Shown here piece by piece: positions 20,486-29,518 of a stretch of DNA of 64,000 nucleotides. The stretch lies in assembly GCA_041664465.1 (NCBI GenBank), contig JBAYKP010000003.1:19405-83404 (forward strand). The letters are read 5' to 3'. The position numbers and the translations under genes were made by a program. A model generated the notes under the pieces. The model had not been told where the DNA came from. It saw only the letters and a list, made by a program, of their open reading frames with translations, and did not search any database. Source of the stretch: Minisyncoccota bacterium (GTDB lineage: Bacteria > Patescibacteriota > Minisyncoccia > Phycocordibacterales > UBA9973). Position 1 is the stretch's first letter. The number at the start of each line of letters is the position of its first letter.

Positions 20486-21139
20486 TTATTGTAATTTAAT
20501 TCCTTGACTAATATCCCCAGGATTGAATGTCTTATAGAAAAGTTCTACGACTTCGTCCGTTTTAAGCTGACTACTTCGTATCCCTATCCCACTTAATCCA
20601 TTAATAATGACGTTCGTTCTTTGTTCTAGCTGGCTACGCTTCTCCTCGAAAGATGCTAGATCCATAGCCTTCTTGGTATCCTCTACTTGTTTCTTGGGGG
20701 CTCCGCCACCAATCAGACTATCTACTATGCCATTCCCAGATTTTATAATACTTGAACTATATGGCACAACGACGAAGAAAGTTTTCGTCATTATGTTCAC
20801 TTCATCTGTGAAAGATCGAATGAAGTCTATATATTCTTTCGTCTGTATTTTAAGGAGGGGTTCGGTTTGCTCTTTCAAGCGATTCTCAAGCATTAAGAGA
20901 TATGGCCTTATATTCAAGCGTCTGGACTGGATTACAATTTGAGTGGAGAAATCTAGACCATTTAAGAATGATTGGAATTGATTAATAATGGCGACTTGTT
21001 CATCGGAAGACTTAAGAGAGAGGTTGATGGAGGAAGCGATAAGGATAGCACGAAGACCACCATCCTTAAGTACAATGATGCCATTGCGGACCTCCTTTAT
21101 AGGAACGAACTCTTGTGCTGCTTTTGAATCAATTGCCAT
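20486..21139 (-). CDS. VirB4-associated protein (TraC N-terminal-like)
   Basis: SSINLSLKS.DEQ..I...F..FLN.LDF..QI pattern; lies between prgI and virB4. Confidence 0.65.
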   Translation of the reverse strand: MAIDSKAAQEFVPIKEVRNGIIVLKDGGLRAILIASSINLSLKSSDEQVAIINQFQSFLNGLDFSTQIVIQSRRLNIRPYLLMLENRLKEQTEPLLKIQTKEYIDFIRSFTDEVNIMTKTFFVVVPYSSSIIKSGNGIVDSLIGGGAPKKQVEDTKKAMDLASFEEKRSQLEQRTNVIINGLSGIGIRSSQLKTDEVVELFYKTFNPGDISQGIKLQ

Positions 21140-21163
21140 AATTTATACTAATATTATATCACA

Positions 21164-21574
21164 CTATTTATCGTTTCTATCTTGAACGTCCAAACTCCAA
21201 GATAAATCCTTCAATTTACTTTCTGAAAGCATTGGTACATTGGATATGGTAGTGGGCATTTGCACATCTTCATCTTGTATATCCCCTTTCTTTACAAGTC
21301 TTTGCTTCCACAAGTAAAGTTTGCTTGAGATTAAGTAATTAAAAGAAGCTTCTAAATAATATATGAAAGGCTTGCCATTTATTTTCACAAAGACGAGGCA
21401 GACAGTAAGCCCAGCGACGGGTAAGATAAGGAAGATGCCTATCCAAAGTGGCAAGATTTTGTATATGACGAAAATTATTCCTCCTCCACCAATCAAAAAG
21501 GCAAATTGGCGAAAGGTAAAAGGGCCAAAAATTTTATCTTCTATGTCTATAAATTGTGGTACTTTGAATTGCAT
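21164..21574 (-). CDS. PrgI family protein (VirB3-like)
   Basis: MQFKVPQFIDIEDKIFGPFTFRQF, two TMs, KINGKPF. Confidence 0.85.
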   Translation of the reverse strand: MQFKVPQFIDIEDKIFGPFTFRQFAFLIGGGGIIFVIYKILPLWIGIFLILPVAGLTVCLVFVKINGKPFIYYLEASFNYLISSKLYLWKQRLVKKGDIQDEDVQMPTTISNVPMLSESKLKDLSWSLDVQDRNDK

Positions 21575-21576
21575 AT

Positions 21577-22602
21577 CTATATTTCCTCATGATATGGATC
21601 GTGAGGTTTTGATTGAGGTTCTCCGCTCATCTTTGGTAGAGAATAGTCACTTACAGAAGCTTTGCTAGTTGTATTACCGAATAGTTTATTGGTGATGATG
21701 TTGGGAGTAGGTGTGGATTTTTCATCATCTGAAATTATTTCTATGCCGTGTTCTTTATACATATCAGTTTCTTTGGTATTCGTATTTGCAATTATATTTT
21801 CTATTTCACTTTGAGAAGACCCCTTCTGCCCTTCAGGCATCTCCCCCTTAGCAGGGGGCGAAGAAAATACAGGTGATGGTATCGGAACAACTTCTTCTTT
21901 CTTTTTCGCATAAGGCGGAAGTGGCACCTCATCATTTGATTTTTCATTCTTAACTACTTTTATCCCTTCTTCTTCTACATTTTTTATATTTTTAAATATA
22001 TTTTCATTTATTTCCCCCACCATTTCTTGTATTTTATCATTCCCCAAGTCTATCTTGGACCTTATGGCATCTTCATATTGATTACCCGCTATGGTATTCA
22101 GTATTACCTTTACTGTGATGTCTTCTAATATTCCCATTTGCTCCACATTAATCTTATACTTTCTAGCTACATCATATAATTTTTCTTTCCAATTAGAATA
22201 AGCAATTGATTCTTGGATGTCTTTCGGTAAGCTTGCAAAACGAAGATCAAGATTTTTATTATTTAAAGAGATTGCGTTGGATTGGAAAGTTTCAGTAAGC
22301 TCTCCTTTTATTGTTTTAAGGATATTTTCATCTATTTCTATTAATATTTTTTCTGTAACTTCTTTTTCTAATTCCAAATCTTTCCTTAAAATATTTTGAT
22401 ATTCTTCAATATGAATAATACCCAGTAATACCAAGGTGGTTTCTGTGGCTAAAATTTCTATCCGATTTTCTTTTAAACCATATTTAATACCAAGTTCTTT
22501 AAGTTTTTCCATCCAGAGCATAGAAGAGAAAACACTCTGAGCCTCTTTCGGGAGCTTCTGGTAGTATTCTGCTATTTTTTGTTGTAATTGTATTTGATCC
22601 AT
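21577..22602 (-). CDS. Hypothetical protein with duplicated helical domain and in-frame family B repeat
   Basis: Internal duplication LPKEAQ../LPKDIQ..; C-terminal DPYHE; repeat-encoded SPPAKGEMPEGQKG. Confidence 0.7.
   Translation of the reverse strand: MDQIQLQQKIAEYYQKLPKEAQSVFSSMLWMEKLKELGIKYGLKENRIEILATETTLVLLGIIHIEEYQNILRKDLELEKEVTEKILIEIDENILKTIKGELTETFQSNAISLNNKNLDLRFASLPKDIQESIAYSNWKEKLYDVARKYKINVEQMGILEDITVKVILNTIAGNQYEDAIRSKIDLGNDKIQEMVGEINENIFKNIKNVEEEGIKVVKNEKSNDEVPLPPYAKKKEEVVPIPSPVFSSPPAKGEMPEGQKGSSQSEIENIIANTNTKETDMYKEHGIEIISDDEKSTPTPNIITNKLFGNTTSKASVSDYSLPKMSGEPQSKPHDPYHEEI
21818..21860 (-). repeat. Family B repeat inside CDS
   Basis: Minus strand CGCCCCCTGCTAAGGGGGAGATGCCTGAAGGGCAGAAGGGGTC, nearly identical to 14797-14837. 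Confidence 0.85.
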
Positions 22603-22611
22603 AGTTATTTT

Positions 22612-25374
22612 TTAGTGATGAGCCCCACCTCCTCCATGTGCATCTCCTCCTGTGCTTGTTGGTGCTTTTGGAACTTCTATTTTTACACCCTTCAGTGCTT
22701 CTGTAATTGTTGCTCCTATATCTTTTATCGCATCTCCTTGCCCTTGTCCGTGGTTAACCCCAGAGCTCTTTAATCCAGCACGAACACCAAGAGCTACTCC
22801 AGCAATCATAGCAGTTGGAATTTTATTAAAGAATCCGTCTCTCTTATCTGTATTAACTTGAGAAATATTTCGAACATCATAACTAGCCTTATTTGATCTA
22901 GCGAAGCCTCTTGTAAGCATTGAAACATTTTGTTTAGATTCTTCACGTAAGTGTTTGAATAATCCTTCAAGTTGAGCATCTGTTGTAACTTTTACTGCGG
23001 CATTTAATTTGATATCCAATTCATCTTCCATTTTCTTCTGTACTTCACCCTTTAACTCACCATTTTTATCCAAATTCTTTGAATCTTTTTTCAACTCAGC
23101 AGCCACTTCTTCTCGGTTTTTTGATTTGAACGCCTTTTCTCCTACAAAACTACGGCCCTTTTCATCTACAATTCTTGCTTCGTTTTTACCAGTAGCATCA
23201 AGACCTTTTCTTGCATTTGTTTCAACATCAGATCTCTTTGTCTTATTAAAGGTTGTTTTTAGCTTGTTTTCATCTTCACCAGAAATATTACTATCTTCTA
23301 ATATATTACCATTAGCATCTACAAGTCCAGCAGCTTTCTTCGTCTCGTCTATTTCATGACGAGCATGGTCAATCTTATTCGTATCTCTTTGTGATTTATT
23401 TAGCTGAGCACCCAAACGACTAAATACGTTAGTTTTAGGAACAGCATTTGCCTTTTTATGATCTTCCCATGTTGGTTTAGCCCCTCTTGTTTTAGGATCT
23501 GCAGCTTTCCACTTCTCAAGGTTATCATTGAATTTAATTTTTTCTGTTTTTATTTTATCAAGATTTTCTGGAGTAGCTCCTTCCATTCGTGACATTTTAG
23601 CTATTCCTGCACCAACGACTCTTCTTCCTAATAATGCAGTTCCAAGTGCCGCTCCACCAAGAAGCATTCCACCAGTTGCGGCTATTCCTCCTGTAATTTG
23701 TTTACCTATCTCCCCAGACATATCTGAAGCGATACCTTTTGCTTTTATAAGGAAAATCATTATAAAAATAAAAGGTATGGTTATTCCTAAAATAAAATCT
23801 AAACCACTTTTACCATCGGTAGAGAAAAGACCTAGCCCAGTATCAAGGAATTTAATTATTATATATAAAAAGAAAATAAATACAGGGGCAAGGAATGCCA
23901 TCTTCAAAGTATCTGGCCACCAATTCTTCCATCCAATCATTTTTATACTAGACATTTCAGGAAGTATATAAGTGAAGAATGCAAGTGGGGCTAGGATCAT
24001 AGCGAGCCAGAGTCCGATGACTCGAGCCACGAACATTAATCCAACAGAAATAAATACAATAATCCCAACAATATTAATGGCGGATGTTAGTAAAATAACC
24101 AAGATAAAAGTGCTAGCAGAGATTCCATTTTTTTGGGTTCCATCTGATCCAATATTTCCTTTTGCTGTTATATTACCGACGTCTGATGCATTTATAATTA
24201 ATTTTTGTGGATTAATTTTTGAAACAAGCGCTTCTGATAATTTTATTTCACCGGTAGATCCAGGTGCATTTTGTATTACCCCATCAATCTTGGGGCCTAC
24301 TTTTATAGCGTCTGAATTGTAGAAAACTCTAGCAGTAATATTGGATGCATCAATAATCACTTGAGTAGCGAAAAGAGAAAAGTTTATAAATAGTCCAATG
24401 ATAACTATATTTATAATAGTTTCTTTGGTTTTCACACTATGCAAGTTTAGTATTGTGCCTATCGCTATATAAAGCATTATGAATATGAAAAATAAATTAC
24501 AGAAATCACGCACAAGCCCCCAGCCTTGCACTACGAAAGTAGACCGATACGAAGAATCTTGGACAGAGTATGAAAAAGTTTTATCAAACAGTGTTCCAGA
24601 TAAAGCAAATAAAACAGAAGTTGGTTTGAAGACTGCCCAATAAAGAAGACTACCAAAACAGCCACCAATATTACTCCAAAAATTCCATGGACATTGTGGT
24701 AGTATAGAATCAAGATAATTTTGATTAACATTTACATTTTTATCAAGAGTCACCACCTGTGGGTTATCAGCGCTGTTTGTTGTTATTGCGGGAGATTCAC
24801 CTATGGATGTTTCATTTGATTCAGTACCGGGATCTGCAAGTTTAGCACCAATTGCAATACCGACTGCCATTCCTAAAGGATTTAAAGTAAAAATTCCTGC
24901 TACAACACCACCAGCAAATCCACCAGCAGCACTAACGATAGTGGAGGCCCAAAGAGGAGTTGTTTGCGATGCAACAGTTTTTAAAACATATGTTGTGCTA
25001 GGATTTAAGTTTGGAAAATTAAAGCTACCAGTTCTTACTACATAAGCTTCTTTCTCCATAGTAGTATTATCTCTTACTGCATCTTCAAGTTTAATATTCT
25101 GTACGAAAAGTGCGACATTATTTGTGTCTAAAAGATAAACAATTGCCGCAGCCTTACTTATATTAAAATCACCACTTTCAAAGACAACGCGTACGGTCCC
25201 AGATATTGTGGTGTTTGTCTTTTGTGGAGATGTTGTTACTTTTATACTATCAGCCGCACTGGCTTCATTCTTCCCAATCTCCACCTTATTTTTATTCCAC
25301 CCCACACTAAACGGAGCGAAGAGGTTCGCAGAGATTATGAGTGATATTAAGATGTATGATATGATTCTCTTCAT
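22612..25374 (-). CDS. VirB6/TrbL-like polytopic membrane protein
   Basis: GW..VRDF.N.FFI, LFINFS...IID.SN and R...LW...I.APLAF...LP TM core; long variable N- and C-termini; upstream of prgI/virB4. Confidence 0.7.
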   Translation of the reverse strand: MKRIISYILISLIISANLFAPFSVGWNKNKVEIGKNEASAADSIKVTTSPQKTNTTISGTVRVVFESGDFNISKAAAIVYLLDTNNVALFVQNIKLEDAVRDNTTMEKEAYVVRTGSFNFPNLNPSTTYVLKTVASQTTPLWASTIVSAAGGFAGGVVAGIFTLNPLGMAVGIAIGAKLADPGTESNETSIGESPAITTNSADNPQVVTLDKNVNVNQNYLDSILPQCPWNFWSNIGGCFGSLLYWAVFKPTSVLFALSGTLFDKTFSYSVQDSSYRSTFVVQGWGLVRDFCNLFFIFIMLYIAIGTILNLHSVKTKETIINIVIIGLFINFSLFATQVIIDASNITARVFYNSDAIKVGPKIDGVIQNAPGSTGEIKLSEALVSKINPQKLIINASDVGNITAKGNIGSDGTQKNGISASTFILVILLTSAINIVGIIVFISVGLMFVARVIGLWLAMILAPLAFFTYILPEMSSIKMIGWKNWWPDTLKMAFLAPVFIFFLYIIIKFLDTGLGLFSTDGKSGLDFILGITIPFIFIMIFLIKAKGIASDMSGEIGKQITGGIAATGGMLLGGAALGTALLGRRVVGAGIAKMSRMEGATPENLDKIKTEKIKFNDNLEKWKAADPKTRGAKPTWEDHKKANAVPKTNVFSRLGAQLNKSQRDTNKIDHARHEIDETKKAAGLVDANGNILEDSNISGEDENKLKTTFNKTKRSDVETNARKGLDATGKNEARIVDEKGRSFVGEKAFKSKNREEVAAELKKDSKNLDKNGELKGEVQKKMEDELDIKLNAAVKVTTDAQLEGLFKHLREESKQNVSMLTRGFARSNKASYDVRNISQVNTDKRDGFFNKIPTAMIAGVALGVRAGLKSSGVNHGQGQGDAIKDIGATITEALKGVKIEVPKAPTSTGGDAHGGGGAHH

Positions 25375-25403
25375 TTTTTCTTTCTATTTCTTAACCCTTT
25401 TTC

Positions 25404-25438
25404 CAATTCTTAATTCGTAATTTTTAATTCCTAATTAT
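25404..25438. repeat. Tandem TAATTNN heptamers (x5)
   Basis: caattct taattcg taatttt taattcc taattat; similar arrays at 13536-13563 and 32487-32521. Confidence 0.6.
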
Positions 25439-25472
25439 TTATATTATAGCATTTTAATTATAAATTACATCT

Positions 25473-26171
25473 TTAATTACTATTATTATCAAGATTTAAT
25501 TTTAGTAAGAAAATAGTCTCCTTTTTAAGTTTTTCACGGGCCCAATCCTTTTGAGACGAAGAAAGCAATTCCCCAAGACCGTCTAAGATATGCTTATTAT
25601 CCATATTTTCAAGCATCTTTATACACTTGATCAAAGTATCTTTAAAAGATATACCAGATCTATTTTCCACTATCTTTTTATTTATCTCCCAGTTGTTTTT
25701 ATAAAAGAAATAAACATCAAATATGTCTCTGCTTGTTTTGCCAATTCTTTCATACATAGCCATAAGTTTATGGGCAAACATATCTTCTTTGACCATTACA
25801 AGCATTGAGATGCCGAGCAATGTTTTAATCTCATATTTAGAGCCAAATTGTCTACGGCTCACTTCTACTTTTATTTGCTGAGCTCCTTTCTTATATGAAA
25901 TAATATTAAGCAAATTGAAATGCTTTATCCTAGATTCTGTGATAGTCCCATAGCTTTCAGTAATTTTCTGAATCTTATTAAAGACCTCTTCTTCCTTAGT
26001 ATCATCCAATAAATCAAAATCAAGATCCACTGAATTACGATCTAAGCCGTAGAATAAAAGAGCGGCAGTGCCACCTTTGAATCCAAGATATGGAGAGATA
26101 GAGGTGTCAGAATAAATATCTTTCAAGATTTGAAGTAATATATTTTTGTGTTTTGAATAGTCTAATGTCAT
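25473..26171 (-). CDS. abiEii: AbiEii-type nucleotidyltransferase toxin
   Basis: FKGGTA..L.YGL.R.S.DLDF, K..A...R...RDIFD motifs. Confidence 0.88.
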   Translation of the reverse strand: MTLDYSKHKNILLQILKDIYSDTSISPYLGFKGGTAALLFYGLDRNSVDLDFDLLDDTKEEEVFNKIQKITESYGTITESRIKHFNLLNIISYKKGAQQIKVEVSRRQFGSKYEIKTLLGISMLVMVKEDMFAHKLMAMYERIGKTSRDIFDVYFFYKNNWEINKKIVENRSGISFKDTLIKCIKMLENMDNKHILDGLGELLSSSQKDWAREKLKKETIFLLKLNLDNNSN

Positions 26172-26191
26172 ATTTTTTTATTTTCTTCTTT

Positions 26192-26782
26192 TTATTTTTT
26201 AAAATCATCATAATACTTCTTCACGGTTTTTGCCATTCTCTTATTATGATAGATTGGCAAGATTTCAAATACTTTTTCCCAATCTAATGGGTTTGTGTTA
26301 TCAATATAATATTTTTTACTTACATATATACGGTCTAAGTAAGCACGCTCTTTTGTTGCTCTGGCATAACCGTCACTATTTTCAATTCCTAAAGTATTAC
26401 TTAATACATAATCTTTCATTCTAATAAATTCTATTTTTTGTCCATCAACTTCCATTTCTCTTTTTATGTATGAAGCCACAAAAATATTTCCATAATATTG
26501 GAAAGTCATACCAGATGAACCCAAGACAGTTTCAAAGCTGATATATGAAGGAGTATTTATTCTAGTGGCTAATTCAAAGCGGTTATAGTTTTTATCTTTA
26601 ACATATAAACCACGATGAACTCTAATCAACTTCTTTGCTTTAACGTAGTAATTCAATCTCACACGCACAGGTCCGTTAGCCTTTTCTCCCCACATTAAAG
26701 CAACATCTTTATTGGAAAAGACGGTTTTACTAGACCTCAATAAAATATCTAAATATTCCCCTTTTTGAATTTTTTTATCCAT
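26192..26782 (-). CDS. abiEi: AbiEi-type antitoxin/transcriptional regulator
   Basis: wHTH with RGLY, PSYISFETVL and A..ERA.LD; upstream of abiEii; probable start 26782. Confidence 0.8.
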   Translation of the reverse strand: MDKKIQKGEYLDILLRSSKTVFSNKDVALMWGEKANGPVRVRLNYYVKAKKLIRVHRGLYVKDKNYNRFELATRINTPSYISFETVLGSSGMTFQYYGNIFVASYIKREMEVDGQKIEFIRMKDYVLSNTLGIENSDGYARATKERAYLDRIYVSKKYYIDNTNPLDWEKVFEILPIYHNKRMAKTVKKYYDDFKK

Positions 26783-26788
26783 ATATCT

Positions 26789-26819
26789 ACTGGAACTTAG
26801 TTTAAACCTAACATCCAGT
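26789..26819. promoter_or_regulatory. Inverted-repeat operator upstream of abiEi
   Basis: ACTGGA..TTAG-TTTAAAC-CTAA..TCCAGT imperfect palindrome. Confidence 0.5.
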
Positions 26820-26904
26820 CCATATACTAGCATAAACAATATATAAATACAACCCTTTTAATCTCCTCCTTATAGAGTGGCTGTAAGCCGGGATGGACTG
26901 ACAT

Positions 26905-26932
26905 TTGACACATTTTACATATCTGATATACT
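26905..26932 (+). promoter_or_regulatory. Sigma70-type promoter facing the 3' end of the PemK/MazF gene
   Basis: TTGACA 26905-26910, 16-bp spacer, extended -10 TGaTATACT 26924-26932; no credible plus-strand CDS downstream. Confidence 0.65.
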
Positions 26933-26938
26933 GTACTT

Positions 26939-26990
26939 ACATTCGGGATTTTCCCGCGACCCTACTGGTAAAACAGTGGGGAATATTTAT
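26939..26990 (+). ncRNA. Candidate small structured RNA convergent with PemK/MazF
   Basis: Hairpins CGGGATTTTCCCG and CCCTACTG-GTAAAA-CAGTGGGG directly after the promoter. Confidence 0.45.
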
Positions 26991-27400
26991 TTATACAGAC
27001 TATTAAACCCTATTCTAACCTTTTTAAAATCTTCACCATCTAATGTTCCAAGTTTTGAGAATAGTCTACGATAATCCACAACCCTTACTTGATGTAAACA
27101 AGCAAACATTTCTATGTTTTTATGAATAAAACCCACATACCAAGAACCCCTTTTGTCTTTCGTTGTAGTAGGAATAATAAGATAGAAACTGTGTGATAGT
27201 TTCTTATAAATAATTCCAGGTCTTGTAAATATTTCACTTTTACCATTTATCTCTGATCCAACATTTTCTCCTAGACTTATCCACCAAATATCTCCCTCTG
27301 ATACAAAAGGAGGCCGCGATTCTTTATTGTGCAACTTCTCTTTCAACCCTATCCATTCTAGAAATTTTTTAATTATATTATGTTTTTCTTTTTCCAACAT
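26987..27400 (-). CDS. PemK/MazF-family endoribonuclease toxin (orphan)
   Basis: GDIWW..LGENVGSE..GK...RP, IIPTTT, QVR.VD..RL..KLG motifs; no room for an antitoxin ORF upstream. Confidence 0.85.
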   Translation of the reverse strand: MLEKEKHNIIKKFLEWIGLKEKLHNKESRPPFVSEGDIWWISLGENVGSEINGKSEIFTRPGIIYKKLSHSFYLIIPTTTKDKRGSWYVGFIHKNIEMFACLHQVRVVDYRRLFSKLGTLDGEDFKKVRIGFNSLYK

Positions 27401-27419
27401 ATTGTTTTTTGTATTTTTG

Positions 27420-27541
27420 CTCCCCTGCTAAGGGGTGAGCTTGGGATTATGGGACCCAAGCGCAAGACCGTGAACGTTTTGTAACCAGAATGTGAACGGT
27501 GTACTGCTCCTGTAAGGAGGTGCCCGTAGGGCGAGGGGGTC
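27420..27541. repeat. Composite element: family B repeat with an ~80-bp structured insert
   Basis: CTCCCCTGCTAAGGGG, then hairpins GCTTGGG..CCCAAGC and ACCGT...ACGGT, then GGAGGTGCCCGTAGGGCGAGGGGGTC. Confidence 0.7.
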
Positions 27542-27555
27542 TCTTAATTATAATC

Positions 27556-29496
27556 TTACCAAATATTCAAAATTCTTTCCGTATTATCCAGTATTACTCC
27601 ATCTTTCCAACTACAACCAGCTTCAAGTATCTCCTTTCGTGGCATTCCTTTATCTAATTGGGTGGTATTTTTATCTGATTGATCAATAAATGCTCTATAA
27701 TTATAACTAATTATAGAATCACCAGGGAAACCACCACCATTAGCCTCTCTTCCATCTCCACCTTGGTAATGCCCTGTATATATATTTGGGTCATCATTTA
27801 TTTGTTTTATTTTTCCATAACCTGGAAAATTATTGAATTTATTACAATCTTCTCCTGCTACACCCAATGTTGTAATTCTATCACCAGTGAATTTGTCTAT
27901 TGTTTCATTTCCAAAACCAAAGGTGGCGATACTTGCAATTTCCCCTAAGAAATTAACAGTTTTATTTACTTTTCTAATAATAACAGCATCTTTGGTTAAT
28001 TTTCCATAATAATATCCAGATATAACTTTAAATCCTGCTGGAGTCATTCCTCCTTCTAGTTTAGTATAATCTAGATATCCAACATTATCATTTGTATAAG
28101 GGAAGCTTCCACCTGTTGTTTTTGTATACCAAGGGTTACCGTGTCTCTTCCAACTATTAGCAATAATCATTGCCGGAGTTACTTGGTCATAGCACTGATT
28201 TGTTAATCCGTCTATCTGGCTTATGAAATTTTTATTTTGTTCTATTTCATTATTCAAAGTAGTTAAATCCTCGGCTGTTCTAAGAGTAGAAGAGACGAGG
28301 TAGAATTTGCGAAGCAGTACTGCCAGTCTAGCCTTTTCATCTTCTGTGAAGACTAGTGGATTCTTCTCTATTGCCAAGCATTTGTTTTCAATAACGGTTT
28401 GTGTGATAGGGTTAATAGCCGGATTATTGTTATCTGGTGGAGTTCCTGTGTCAGTGTTTGGAGTAGTAGGATTAGCAGGGGCAGTTTGGTCTGGTGGAGT
28501 AATAGGATTGAAGGCAGGTGCTCCAGGTGTACCAGGAGTGCCTATATCTGGGGTATTTACGTTGAAGTTTATTGGACCAAAGATTGAACCCCAATAATCA
28601 AGCATATCCATTGGTATATCATTTAAAATCTGAGCATTTAAATAGTTAATCATATTCATCTGCCCATTACTTAAACTTCGATTACCATTTACAGCACTTA
28701 AGATACTAGAACTTAGACTTCTGATATTATTTTTCTGAGTATTACTTAGGTTGGTATTTGTAGATAAAAGATTTAGAAGTTTAGTATTCAAACCATTTAG
28801 AGTATTTCTTTGCAGGGTACTCATGTCTTTATTATTTGCAGAGTCTCCTATACGAATAGAGCCATTGACCGCATCTACTTTTATCACGCTTCCTACAGGG
28901 ACTACAAATGATGGAGAGACTGGAGCATTCTTGGTCATTCCTCCATATATTTTATCGCTTAGATAAAGTGGATTGTTTGCTATCCAGAAAGTCCCCTCTT
29001 TTCTATTAGTAGGGACTCCACTCAGGATTCCTTCTATTATTACGTCCAGCATTGCACCTTTAGTCATATCTTGCCCTGCGACGCCAAAGACTAGAGATTT
29101 GTTCTTGTCATTTGCTATTGCTTTCATTACTATTGGGTCGTCATTTTTATTAAACCCTGCGATATAAAGTACATCACCCTTTTTCAAACTCTCTCCTGCT
29201 TCTGCACGGACGACTTTATTACCATTCACATCGGTAATTACTACACCCGCCCTTTTCTTTACGGCCGGAGTGGTATCTACTACAGGAGTGGTAGGGGTAG
29301 TATCTATTACTTTCACATCTTTCCCCTTAGAAGATCCTAATAATGGAGAGAATACTTTACTAATAGAGAGAGAACCCTTCGCTCCGAAGTATTGCTCTCT
29401 ATTCTTAAAGAAATAATAACCTGCTACTAAAAGTATCAGAATCAGTATGAATGTGATGATGAATGCTTTGCTTTTTTTAGGGTTATTGTTATCCAT
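27556..29496 (-). CDS. Membrane-anchored hypothetical protein with phage-structural-like internal domain
   Basis: N-terminal TM; AEAGESLKKGDVLYIAG...FGVA..D...LYLS...GG.T...P segment; P/T/N-rich linker. Confidence 0.65.
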   Translation of the reverse strand: MDNNNPKKSKAFIITFILILILLVAGYYFFKNREQYFGAKGSLSISKVFSPLLGSSKGKDVKVIDTTPTTPVVDTTPAVKKRAGVVITDVNGNKVVRAEAGESLKKGDVLYIAGFNKNDDPIVMKAIANDKNKSLVFGVAGQDMTKGAMLDVIIEGILSGVPTNRKEGTFWIANNPLYLSDKIYGGMTKNAPVSPSFVVPVGSVIKVDAVNGSIRIGDSANNKDMSTLQRNTLNGLNTKLLNLLSTNTNLSNTQKNNIRSLSSSILSAVNGNRSLSNGQMNMINYLNAQILNDIPMDMLDYWGSIFGPINFNVNTPDIGTPGTPGAPAFNPITPPDQTAPANPTTPNTDTGTPPDNNNPAINPITQTVIENKCLAIEKNPLVFTEDEKARLAVLLRKFYLVSSTLRTAEDLTTLNNEIEQNKNFISQIDGLTNQCYDQVTPAMIIANSWKRHGNPWYTKTTGGSFPYTNDNVGYLDYTKLEGGMTPAGFKVISGYYYGKLTKDAVIIRKVNKTVNFLGEIASIATFGFGNETIDKFTGDRITTLGVAGEDCNKFNNFPGYGKIKQINDDPNIYTGHYQGGDGREANGGGFPGDSIISYNYRAFIDQSDKNTTQLDKGMPRKEILEAGCSWKDGVILDNTERILNIW

Positions 29497-29518
29497 AAAT
29501 TTTTATTGATTATTATTT

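Noticed and set aside
22652-25420. Multiple plus-strand ORFs opposite large minus-strand genes (here and throughout the window)
   Set aside because: Antisense shadow frames with no recognisable motifs.
26877-27074. Plus-strand 65-aa ORF as a protein antitoxin
   Set aside because: It starts upstream of the plus-strand promoter inside a repeat, overlaps the toxin antisense and has no antitoxin features.
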